A stretch of 64,000 nucleotides of DNA from Alphaproteobacteria bacterium (GTDB lineage Bacteria > Pseudomonadota > Alphaproteobacteria > CAAGCB01 > CAG-977). Shown here piece by piece: positions 33,237-41,382 of this stretch (position 1 is the stretch's first letter; each line of letters opens with the position of its first letter). The notes under the pieces are model-generated. The model searched no databases. It was given only the letters and a program-made list of their open reading frames with translations, and was not told where the DNA came from. Location: contig JAFZYY010000018.1 in NCBI GenBank assembly GCA_017616015.1, positions 125-64,124 of the forward strand, read 5' to 3'. A program made the translations under genes and the position numbers.

Positions 33237-34509
33237 GGCACGCCTCCTGCTGTTTTTGTTCCGCCAAAACCATACCTTTCGTCACGAATGAATTCGTAAA
33301 GCGCGTTCTGACCTGCCACGCGTACCGTTTTTCGGGCGTGACGAACTTTTCCAGCTCAAAGTCCAGAACGGCCTGAACGTCCTCCGGAAAATCGCGGTAA
33401 AAATCTTGCATGCGATTAATGACTTTTGCACCCGCATCGGCAACGGAGCATACTTCTCCGTCCGGTAAGGAAAGTTTGACCGTTTTTAAGTCGTAATGCG
33501 CGGCGTTTTTGAAGTTCTGAACCGCTTGTACCTGCTCTTTGATGGAAGGAAGCTTGCACGGCTCGGCCGCCAGCCATACCAGAAACAATTGAGTGAAAAT
33601 CAGATCCCTTTCGTCCACGCCGGAATCTGTCAGCGGATTCAAATCAAACATTCTTAATTCAATATGATCGACGCCGTTTGCGACCAAAGCGTCCAGATCG
33701 TTTTTACCTGTCGGTTTCAGCCGGATCGGATAATACAGCTCGGACGGCGCGGCCAATAATCCCCGTTTGACATAAAAACGGATACTGTCTGCGTATTTTT
33801 TCAGATTTTCATAATCATACCAGACGGTAAAGTAATTCCAGTATCCCAATTCGCTGCATCTGACCGACGCCATGCCGCTGAATTCGTCTTCGCCGAAGCG
33901 CCCTTTTTCCACGAAAGAGCTGTCTGTCAAAGGACTGGCCGCTGTTAAAGCCGTCAAAATCCACCCGTAAGCCGCCGCCGATTCCGCCACAGCCAGATAA
34001 AGCTTGTCTTTATATTCCCTGAAATTCTTCTGACCGCTTAAAGCAAAAGCGGCTTGCAGCAGTTCGTCAGCAAAGGAATAATTCACGTGAATACCGGAAA
34101 GCGTCATCTTATACCGCCCGTAACGATCGGACAGGTATTCGCGATAATCCGTTTTCGCTTTCAGATCGCCGGTAAACTGCGCGATCGGAACGTCCTTTTC
34201 GCTGCGGATAAACGGAGGATTGGAAAACGGCCAGAGCAATTCCCGTTCGGGCATAGCCTGCAATTTCTTTTGAATTTTGACAGTATATTCTTTCAGAGCT
34301 TCAACGGCTTCGCGCGCGCTGTCAACGACGGGCGTATTGATCTCCGTCTGATTTTCGCAAAAATCGCGGACGATGTGTTCCTCACCCATAAACGGGTGCG
34401 GCGTATGCGCGAAATAGCCGTCCGGCGTGATTCGCAGACTTTCCTTTTCCAGTCCGAAGCGCCCTTTTAATAAGAGAGAACGCACGCGTTCGTTTTCAAT
34501 CGGAAACAT
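33229..34509 (-). CDS. glutamate-cysteine ligase family protein (GshA-like)
   Basis: The N-terminus GRFGLEKESLRITPDGYFAHTPHP parallels E. coli GshA (RGLERETLRV.ADG.LA.T.HP). Overlaps the downstream gene by 8 nt. Confidence 0.65.
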   Translation of the reverse strand: MFPIENERVRSLLLKGRFGLEKESLRITPDGYFAHTPHPFMGEEHIVRDFCENQTEINTPVVDSAREAVEALKEYTVKIQKKLQAMPERELLWPFSNPPFIRSEKDVPIAQFTGDLKAKTDYREYLSDRYGRYKMTLSGIHVNYSFADELLQAAFALSGQKNFREYKDKLYLAVAESAAAYGWILTALTAASPLTDSSFVEKGRFGEDEFSGMASVRCSELGYWNYFTVWYDYENLKKYADSIRFYVKRGLLAAPSELYYPIRLKPTGKNDLDALVANGVDHIELRMFDLNPLTDSGVDERDLIFTQLFLVWLAAEPCKLPSIKEQVQAVQNFKNAAHYDLKTVKLSLPDGEVCSVADAGAKVINRMQDFYRDFPEDVQAVLDFELEKFVTPEKRYAWQVRTRFTNSFVTKGMVLAEQKQQEACRV

Positions 34510-34513
34510 GGAT

Positions 34514-35257
34514 TTACTCGTCTAAAAAGAAGGGCAGGAAATAACGGATTTGCTTTTTCCACCACGGCCAGTCATGATCGGAATCCGTCCCCCATAAATC
34601 AACCCAGGCTTCAATTCCTTTGCGCGGCAACAATTCCCCCATCAGTCGCGTTGTGCGCTGGCATTCGCGTTCCCAAAAACCCTGTCCCGCGCAAAGAATG
34701 ATTTTTTTCGTGTTGTACAAAGCGATATACGGGTGATCTTCCGGCATATTTTCCAAAAATAAAAGCGGCGAGTTGTCGTAAATCACGCTGTTCGTCCAAC
34801 CGTCCCAGAAATGTTCCGCGTTAAAGCAGGCGGAACAGGTCAATACGCCGGAAAACAGATCGGGACGACGGAAGAAAGCGATTCCCGCTTGTCCGCCGCC
34901 CAGACTGAATCCCGTCACCAACGGCAAACGGTCGTCTTCGGAAACGGACATGATAAAGGGCACCAGCTCGTCCGCGACAAAGTGGAAATAACTTTCCTGA
35001 ACGTCGGCGCGGTGTTCTTTGTCGCCGTTCACGTCCGACCAACTTTCACTGTCGACCGTGTCGACGCAGAACAAACGGATTTGACCGCTTTCTATAAAAT
35101 CGGAAAGCTCGTCGGGCATACCGAAAATCTCCCAGTTGTCGCACATGCTGTTCTGGCACGGGAAAGCCAACACGGGCAAGCCTCTGTCGCCGTAAGACAG
35201 CAGGTTCATTTCGCGGTTCAAAGAATTTGAATAAACGGTGTAGCTTTTCCTGTCCAT
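34514..35257 (-). CDS. esterase-family alpha/beta hydrolase
   Basis: GFSLGGGQA nucleophile elbow. Layout resembles putative esterase / esterase D. Confidence 0.65.
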   Translation of the reverse strand: MDRKSYTVYSNSLNREMNLLSYGDRGLPVLAFPCQNSMCDNWEIFGMPDELSDFIESGQIRLFCVDTVDSESWSDVNGDKEHRADVQESYFHFVADELVPFIMSVSEDDRLPLVTGFSLGGGQAGIAFFRRPDLFSGVLTCSACFNAEHFWDGWTNSVIYDNSPLLFLENMPEDHPYIALYNTKKIILCAGQGFWERECQRTTRLMGELLPRKGIEAWVDLWGTDSDHDWPWWKKQIRYFLPFFLDE

Positions 35258-35258
35258 G

Positions 35259-36446
35259 TTATTTCCTTTCCAGAATGAATCGCACTTGTTCGTCGCGCTC
35301 TTCCAAAGAGTTCGCGCGCATTAAGAAAGCGTGATTTCCCATCTCGCCGGCCAGAGCGGCGTCAACCGTCTGTTCCTTTAAAATCTGCGGCATATATCTG
35401 TCGCGGATTTCTTCGGGCGTATGCGCGTAGGAAATGCTGTCCTTGCGTCCGATATGCGTAATATAGTGACGGAAATCGCTGTTCAGAAAACATTTGTCGT
35501 AAATCAGACTGTCCGCCCAGATTGTGTAAACGTCCGTGTCGTAGGCGTAGTTCATTTTGTCGGGAATATAGCCGCCGGGGGCGCGCATATTGACTTCAAG
35601 TCCGATAATGTCGCCTTTTTTACCCAGACCTTTTTTCGCTTCGTCCAGACGGAAAAACTCGAAATGGAAAAACTTGTTGCGCGTGTCGAACTCTTTAAGG
35701 ATTTTTTCGCCTGCCGCCCGCAAATCGTCACCGGGTGCCTGACAATAACTGACAACGTCATTATCCAGATTAACCGCGTCCATCAGGCTGACAGGCAGAC
35801 ATTGGGAGGCGCAGAACAACACGTTCTTTTGACTGTCCGTGATGCCGTCGAACGTTTCGACGTGGCCGGGAACGAGTTCTTCCTCGATATACGGGACGTC
35901 CGCCGGCTTGGATTCCCAGAAATCCTTCACGTCCCTGTCCGCTTTCAGTTTGTACGTATTGGACGCGCCGACGCCTTTGTCCGGTTTGACGATAACGGGA
36001 TAGCCGACTTTATGAGCGAAATCCAGTGCGTCTTTCTCCGTCTGCGGCAAAGTCCAGCGCGCCGTCGGAATGTTTGCCCTGGCATAGGCTTCTTTCATGC
36101 GCGATTTGCGATTCATCGCCGCCATGTCCGCGAACTTCGGCCCCGTCGTGATGTTAAAGTCCGTGCGGATTTGCGCGTCCAGTTCCAGCCAGTATTCGTT
36201 TTCGCTTTCGACATAATCGATGCGGCCGTAGCGAAAAACGTAATCCGCGACGGCGCGGTAAACCTGATCATAATCCTGCAACGACGACACGTAACGGTAA
36301 TCGGACAAACTGTTCTGACAGTTTTCGCCGATCGCTTCCCACGGCGCGTCTCCGATGCCTAAAACGGTCACGCCGCGTTCTTTCAAACGGGAACAAAATT
36401 GATAAAAATGACGCGGAAAATGCGGAGAAATAAAAATAACGTTCAT
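35259..36446 (-). CDS. ATP-grasp domain ligase
   Basis: YPVIVKPDKGVGA..., EE.V.G...FDG and LEVN.R.PGG pattern. Confidence 0.7.
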   Translation of the reverse strand: MNVIFISPHFPRHFYQFCSRLKERGVTVLGIGDAPWEAIGENCQNSLSDYRYVSSLQDYDQVYRAVADYVFRYGRIDYVESENEYWLELDAQIRTDFNITTGPKFADMAAMNRKSRMKEAYARANIPTARWTLPQTEKDALDFAHKVGYPVIVKPDKGVGASNTYKLKADRDVKDFWESKPADVPYIEEELVPGHVETFDGITDSQKNVLFCASQCLPVSLMDAVNLDNDVVSYCQAPGDDLRAAGEKILKEFDTRNKFFHFEFFRLDEAKKGLGKKGDIIGLEVNMRAPGGYIPDKMNYAYDTDVYTIWADSLIYDKCFLNSDFRHYITHIGRKDSISYAHTPEEIRDRYMPQILKEQTVDAALAGEMGNHAFLMRANSLEERDEQVRFILERK

Positions 36447-36639
36447 AGACGGATTCCTTATGGATTAAAGCCAGGCAGACAAGAAAACTATATGCTTTTT
36501 TATAAAATAAAGCCATAAGAAACAATACGCCGGACGATTTGCGTTCAAATCTCGTATTATTTTGAAACACAAGTTTTATCGCTATATAAACCAACAGGTG
36601 ATATATTCATCTCATCTTGATTAAACGGAATAAAGGATA

Positions 36640-37239
36640 TTGAATATGAAAAAATCTTTATTGCTCGCCTTTGTTGCCTGTCTGTTCGCCGTAAACGCTG
36701 AGGCAGCTGACATAAAGCCTTACGTTTCCGCCAAAGCAAAATTCACCAATATAAGAGCCAAGGCGGAAATAATCCGGCCGGTTAACGACGAAACGGCGCT
36801 AATCGATAACGTTTTCGGATATAACGTTGCTGCGGGTGTGGGAATAAAAATGGCGGAAGGCGCCTTAAGACTCGAAGCAGAATACGTTCAAAATAATGAC
36901 GCAGAGAAAAAAATCGCCGGAGAAAAAGTAAAATTTCGCTCACAAGCCGCTTTTGCAAATGCCTATTTCGATTTTGATACGAATTCCAATTTCCGTCCGT
37001 ATGTCGGTCTCGGTTTCGGGGTGGCGGAAGTCAAATTCGGCAATAAAAGAAAACACGAATTCGCCTACAATTACAGCGCCGGTATTGGCTATAGTCTGAA
37101 CGATCATATCGCGTTTGATTTAGGTTACCGTTATGCCAGTTACGCCTATTTTGAGGAAAAGAATACGATTACAGACACAAAAATCAAGTATACTGCTTAC
37201 GCTAACGAAATTATGCTGGGACTCAGACTTTCGTTCTGA
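36640..37239 (+). CDS. small outer-membrane beta-barrel protein
   Basis: Signal peptide NAEA-AD and C-terminal GLRLSF. Last backbone gene before the island. Confidence 0.6.
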   Translation: MNMKKSLLLAFVACLFAVNAEAADIKPYVSAKAKFTNIRAKAEIIRPVNDETALIDNVFGYNVAAGVGIKMAEGALRLEAEYVQNNDAEKKIAGEKVKFRSQAAFANAYFDFDTNSNFRPYVGLGFGVAEVKFGNKRKHEFAYNYSAGIGYSLNDHIAFDLGYRYASYAYFEEKNTITDTKIKYTAYANEIMLGLRLSF

Positions 37240-37260
37240 ACGGCAATGAAGCTTACGGAA

Positions 37261-37292
37261 AAAGCCTTGTATCCGGCGTGATACAAGGCTTT
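37261..37292 (+). terminator. hairpin terminator after the OMP gene
   Basis: AAAGCCTTGTATC-cggcgt-GATACAAGGCTTT forms a 13-bp perfect stem. Confidence 0.6.
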
Positions 37293-37297
37293 AAAAT

Positions 37298-37314
37298 TGG
37301 TGGAGATGAGGAGG
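37298..37314 (-). other. tRNA 3'-end-like fragment (possible att remnant)
   Basis: The minus strand reads CCTCCTCATCTCCACCA, i.e. a 7-nt acceptor-like arm, discriminator A and CCA. No T-arm or rest of a tRNA lies upstream. Confidence 0.25.
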
Positions 37315-38208
37315 AAGTCTTACATTTACTGAAAAATCAATAACTTACGGAAAACCAAAATCTCAACTGGATCACCTTAGCGTACTCATTCAAGCCGTCC
37401 GTTAACCATATTATTTAATGGAAAAAACTACTCAAGACCGTTTTTAATCCCACCAATAGAAAATAAGAAACCATGACAGTAAATGTCGTAAATTCAGCCG
37501 GAGAAGTCCTCAAAAAAAATCCTCAAATGCCATAATGACCGTAGATCCTTAAAACCAAACAATATCAGAAAGACACCCCCTAAACCTTCCGCCTTGTTGC
37601 TCGAGACACATCCGCGCAGATTGATGCCGGTATCAAAAATCGAACAAGTTGACTACCAGAGCAAAGAGAATAAAAAAACTGATTAAAACAGAGACCAATC
37701 ATTTATCCAAAAATCATGATAATTTTGACAGTTTTTGGATTTTTTTACAAAAACTCAGATATTCGGAATCCTTTTGAGCCATTATCTCATTACAAAGAGA
37801 ATCGACTAGTTGACTGGCAGAACAAGTAGAATGTCATATTCTATTTCGACAAATCGTTAAAAAAACGTAAATTTTTACTATTTTCCAACCTAAAAAAAAT
37901 AGCTAAAAACAGCGGTTTTCACTGTCAACAATAAAAATATTTTTTTTCTGTTGCCAACACCAAAAACAACTATATATTGTCCTCTTACAAGAAAAGAGGC
38001 GCAATATGTTGTTCTACGCCCCTTTTCACAAACCAGCAGAAAAGAAACTGCCGATTGTGTAACTGGATTGGATATTAGGCACGATTTTCGCGCTTCGTCA
38101 ATCAAAAAAGCAGTTCCTTTCTGCCAAACGGAAAGGAGGTAAAAAATGTTTAGCTTTTTAAAAAAACTGACAATATTAATCAAAATATCTGTCAGATAAT
38201 ATAAATAC

Positions 38209-38234
38209 GGAAAGGCGGATAATTCCGCCTTTCC
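38209..38234. terminator. hairpin terminator downstream of the Fic gene
   Basis: GGAAAGGCGG-ataatt-CCGCCTTTCC forms a 10-bp perfect stem, 13 nt after the Fic stop. Confidence 0.7.
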
Positions 38235-38246
38235 TTTATAATGAAG

Positions 38247-39344
38247 TTAATTCTGCTTCAAAACATAATGGGTGTTTCTGCCCGCCCCGACCGTTTTCAG
38301 AATATCTTGGTCGACCAGATTCTTAATGGCTCTGTTTGCCGTGTCCTGCGAACATTTGCATATCATTGCCCATTTGCTTGAAGTCAGATGACCGTTAAAT
38401 CCGTCAATCAGCATATTAAGCATTTTGCGCTGATCAGCCGTCAGGTTCTTCTTATTCAACTCTTCCCAAAGTCGGGCTTTTCCGACCACTTTTTCAATAG
38501 TCGTATCCGCTGAACGAATTGAGTTCCCCAAACACTTCAGGAACCAGAGGAGCCAATCCGTAATATCCGTGTCCCCCTTCTGCGTCTTTTCAAGAATCAT
38601 ATAGTAATCATTCTTTTCTTTCTGAATTTCAGCAGCCATCGAATAGAAACGATACGGTGTCTTTTCCGCTTTAGAGAGAGCCATATCCGTTATCGCTCTG
38701 GCAATACGCCCGTTTCCGTCATCAAACGGATGAAGAGTGATAAACCATAAATGACTGACACCGGCCATAATCAATGGATTGATGTCCTGCGACCGATTAA
38801 ACCACTTTAAAAAGTCAGGCACCATTTCAGGTAGTTTACCTGCGGGAGGAGCTTCATAAAAAACTCTTTCACGATCCCCCATACCGGACACGACCCGCAT
38901 CGCTCCGGCAGAATCATCCCGTAAACAACCGACATTGATTTTGCTTAACCCGCTGTATCCGGTGGGAAATAATGCGGCATGCCACCGATACAAACGATCC
39001 AACGTCAATTCCCGGTCATAATTATGTGTGGCATCAATCATCATTTCCACAACGCCGTCAATATGATGACTGCTTGAAACAGGATTATCATTGTTGATGT
39101 TCAGTCGGCGGGCGATGGAAGAGCGCACCTCATCTTTGTTAAGATGCTCACCTTCTATTTCACCGGATTGGGTGATTTCGCTCGTCAGAGCCTGCAACAA
39201 GGTTTCCTGCTGAAAATCAAAGCCGAGAGATTGCATTTTTCCCAACATCTTTCCTTGCAGAAAAGACGTTTCAGTCAGTTCCTGCGCCAGTTTTTCCATA
39301 TTCCATGTAAACTTGGGCCAGCTTTTTCTTTGATAAATATACAT
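38247..39344 (-). CDS. Fic-family protein (DUF4172 N-terminus, Fic core, C-terminal wHTH)
   Basis: Canonical Fic motif HPFDDGNGRIAR and an N-terminal inhibitory-type S.IEG motif (TQSGEIEGE). Confidence 0.9.
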   Translation of the reverse strand: MYIYQRKSWPKFTWNMEKLAQELTETSFLQGKMLGKMQSLGFDFQQETLLQALTSEITQSGEIEGEHLNKDEVRSSIARRLNINNDNPVSSSHHIDGVVEMMIDATHNYDRELTLDRLYRWHAALFPTGYSGLSKINVGCLRDDSAGAMRVVSGMGDRERVFYEAPPAGKLPEMVPDFLKWFNRSQDINPLIMAGVSHLWFITLHPFDDGNGRIARAITDMALSKAEKTPYRFYSMAAEIQKEKNDYYMILEKTQKGDTDITDWLLWFLKCLGNSIRSADTTIEKVVGKARLWEELNKKNLTADQRKMLNMLIDGFNGHLTSSKWAMICKCSQDTANRAIKNLVDQDILKTVGAGRNTHYVLKQN

Positions 39345-39347
39345 TTT

Positions 39348-39391
39348 AATCTCCGCACTTTATGCGGAGATTATGCGGTTTATTCTCCGCA
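39348..39391 (-). promoter_or_regulatory. three-segment leader able to mask or free the Fic Shine-Dalgarno
   Basis: The mRNA reads UGCGGAGA(39391-39384)...UCUCCGCA(39370-39363)...UGCGGAGAUU(39357-39348)-AAA-AUG. The middle segment can pair with either flank, and the 3' flank contains the SD GGAGA. Confidence 0.4.
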
Positions 39392-39450
39392 AAGTAAAGA
39401 GATAAATCTGGTTTACAAGCTTATCTTTGAATAAAACGGCTTAGGCGGTG

Positions 39451-39762
39451 TTATTTTTTAGGATTTATTACAAAGCTCTTAAAGTCTTCTTCCATTCTTT
39501 CTATCCATTCCTTAAAGTCTTCTTTTGGATCCTTTGGCAAAAACGTATAAGAACGAAAGTAATGGTCTGAATCCGTATTTATAGATTGATAAATTTTGCG
39601 TCCATCGATATTTTTAAGATCTTCATCGTCAGTTTCAGGTATTCCCTGCGGCGGATAAATGAAACCAACTGTTTTTGCTCCTGTCAGCAACATATATGAA
39701 AAAATCTGCGACAAAACGTGACGTTTGATTTGAGGAAAATACAGAAAACATTCCGGTAGCAA
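39451..39762 (-). CDS. hypothetical small protein (start uncertain)
   Basis: ORF only, no motif recognised. A degenerate operator-like 17-mer lies inside it at 39708-39724. Confidence 0.3.
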   Translation of the reverse strand: MLPECFLYFPQIKRHVLSQIFSYMLLTGAKTVGFIYPPQGIPETDDEDLKNIDGRKIYQSINTDSDHYFRSYTFLPKDPKEDFKEWIERMEEDFKSFVINPKK

Positions 39763-39794
39763 GTCTGCCCTGCCATCGGAATGATTTTTAAGGA

Positions 39795-40313
39795 TCAGTT
39801 TTCGCTAATCTTTTTCAAAGCGTTCATAACGATTTCTTTTTTCTTTTCGTAAGTTACGGTTTTTCCTGTTCGAAGCTTTTCATCCTGAATTTTATTTCTC
39901 AGTTGATCGGGTAATTCATCCGTCATAATAGCGATTGTTTCACCCGCCTTATGGATGCTATATCCTTCCTCTTCCAAAATTTTTATCATATCTTCTAGGC
40001 TGTCAGAAGAAAGTTTTCCATTATTTTCAAGATCTTCTATAATCTTTCCGAGATTTTCAATTTTATTGGAAAGTTTTTCATTATCTTTTTTTAATTGGTT
40101 CTTTTGGCTTTCACCCCGTCCATCTTTAACCTTTCTTCCCCTAATTGCGGTTTCAAGATGAGCAAAAAGTTTATTTGCAATTTTGATTTCCTTATATCTT
40201 TGATCGTAAGATGCATTATACACATTTTTTATTTTTTTGAGATTTGTAAGCGATTTCTTGTCATTTACGTCAAACTCTTCCAATAAAGCCATTATGTCTT
40301 CATTTTCACTCAT
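39795..40313 (-). CDS. hypothetical coiled-coil protein
   Basis: 172 aa, Lys/Glu-rich with heptad-like regions. No family recognised. Confidence 0.4.
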   Translation of the reverse strand: MSENEDIMALLEEFDVNDKKSLTNLKKIKNVYNASYDQRYKEIKIANKLFAHLETAIRGRKVKDGRGESQKNQLKKDNEKLSNKIENLGKIIEDLENNGKLSSDSLEDMIKILEEEGYSIHKAGETIAIMTDELPDQLRNKIQDEKLRTGKTVTYEKKKEIVMNALKKISEN

Positions 40314-40426
40314 TTCATTTGCTCCTTTTTAAGGTGTTTTAGCAATCTGTTCCCAGCGACAAGTTCGCCCCGCCGCAGGAAACAATTTAGAGCATGTCTT
40401 TTTCTGTCGAACTTAAATATCCGATA

Positions 40427-40999
40427 TTATATTCCCACAGGCGTTAATCTGTTTGCAATATAATACTTTCTTTCATCTGCATCTGATTTCAACATAATAA
40501 CATCTGGAAATTCTCTTAAAGACCTATCTAACCTTACATAGACATTTTTTGGATTATTTTTACTGAAGAATCTAGATAGAATAGTAATATCCTCTTGTAC
40601 AGGATGCTTAATAGCCCTTTCGTTCAATATTTTCTCATTTGCAAACAGATAGGAACAGTGAATTAGTGTATGTTCAAGACGATTAAGTTCTTTTTTAAGA
40701 TCGTCTTGGTTACTTTTTTTGAAAACGCTGTCATACGTTCCAATCCAAAACCGAGCTTTTTTTATTTTTGAGAATTTTTTATCCACTGAATTTTGATAGG
40801 AAAAATGTTGTTTGGCTCTGACCGAACACGTCTGTTTTGTTTGTCCAACATATTGAACATTTTTTTCATTCTGCCATTTTCTTATTCCTGCAATCATATA
40901 CAAAGTGCTATTTGCCCACTTGGCGTATTTTTCAGGATCAAAATCGGACAATTCATCATAAGTAAACGGTCCCAACCAATCTATCGTATAATACTCCAT
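40427..40999 (-). CDS. hypothetical protein with GIY-YIG-like spacing of conserved residues
   Basis: LYMIAG...VQYVGQT....R..QH......LEHTLI...N resembles GIY-x-YIG-R-E-N (weak). I prefer the start at ATG 40999 (AGAAGGAAG upstream). The ATG at 41026 lies inside the operator at 41020-41036. Confidence 0.35.
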   Translation of the reverse strand: MEYYTIDWLGPFTYDELSDFDPEKYAKWANSTLYMIAGIRKWQNEKNVQYVGQTKQTCSVRAKQHFSYQNSVDKKFSKIKKARFWIGTYDSVFKKSNQDDLKKELNRLEHTLIHCSYLFANEKILNERAIKHPVQEDITILSRFFSKNNPKNVYVRLDRSLREFPDVIMLKSDADERKYYIANRLTPVGI

Positions 41000-41019
41000 C
41001 TTCCTTCTCTCTCTTTCAA

Positions 41020-41052
41020 TGGTCATGTTTTGACGCTTGACCGTGTTAATCT
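41020..41052 (+). promoter_or_regulatory. island operator copy plus -10 (TGGTCATGTTTTGACGC, 10 nt, TAATCT)
   Basis: Core GTCA-N5-TGAC with the same 10-nt offset to a -10-like hexamer as the other copies. It points rightwards into a gene-free stretch. Confidence 0.55.
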
Positions 41053-41058
41053 TTTAAA

Positions 41059-41193
41059 CAATCGGCCACCGGAGGATTTTTCCCCTTGGCGACCGGGAGT
41101 TCACAAACCGCACAAACACGGCATGATGCTTTTGGCAATATGCCTGGACATAACATCATCTCCCGGTCTTATAGATCGGGAGATTTTGTTTTT
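41059..41193 (+). ncRNA. candidate ~135-nt small RNA (operator-controlled promoter to intrinsic terminator)
   Basis: The predicted start is about 7 nt after the -10 at 41047-41052. It ends at the hairpin ATCTCCCG-gtcttatagat-CGGGAGAT (41158-41184) plus TTTGTTTTT. No credible ORF lies in the interval. Confidence 0.35.
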
Positions 41194-41382
41194 GGTAACG
41201 ATGCGGCATCTCTTAACCGCACCGGTTTGTGCAAGGAATTGTGAAGTCCCCGTCCGAAATAAAAACCGGACGGAAACAGTATGGCAGATAAAACCAATCG
41301 TTACAAACGAAAGTTTAATTCTGCATCGCTCTCTGGATCGCCACACCCGCTAAAGCGGGTTCGCGATGACGACCTTTTATGG

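Noticed and set aside
35421-36362. 313-aa ORF antisense to the ATP-grasp gene
   Set aside because: Shadow ORF. It has no RBS or motifs, and the opposite strand carries recognisable ATP-grasp motifs and operon coupling.
39708-39724. Operator-like 17-mer (minus strand ACGTCACGTTTTGTCGC)
   Set aside because: The right half is degenerate (TGTCGC). The hexamer at the fixed offset (ATATAT, 39692-39697) would overlap the only internal ATG of the surrounding ORF, so no sensible transcription unit results. I kept it only as a possible decayed copy.
41086-41244. 52-codon TTG ORF after the GGAGGA in the candidate sRNA
   Set aside because: It has a non-ATG start and the terminator hairpin lies inside it. 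There is no support beyond an SD-like string that is also explained as part of the RNA motif.
40793-41353. 186-aa + strand ORF spanning the 41027-41382 gap
   Set aside because: It starts inside the opposite-strand gene and has no RBS. It runs straight through the operator, terminator hairpin and T-tract, and its composition is not protein-like.
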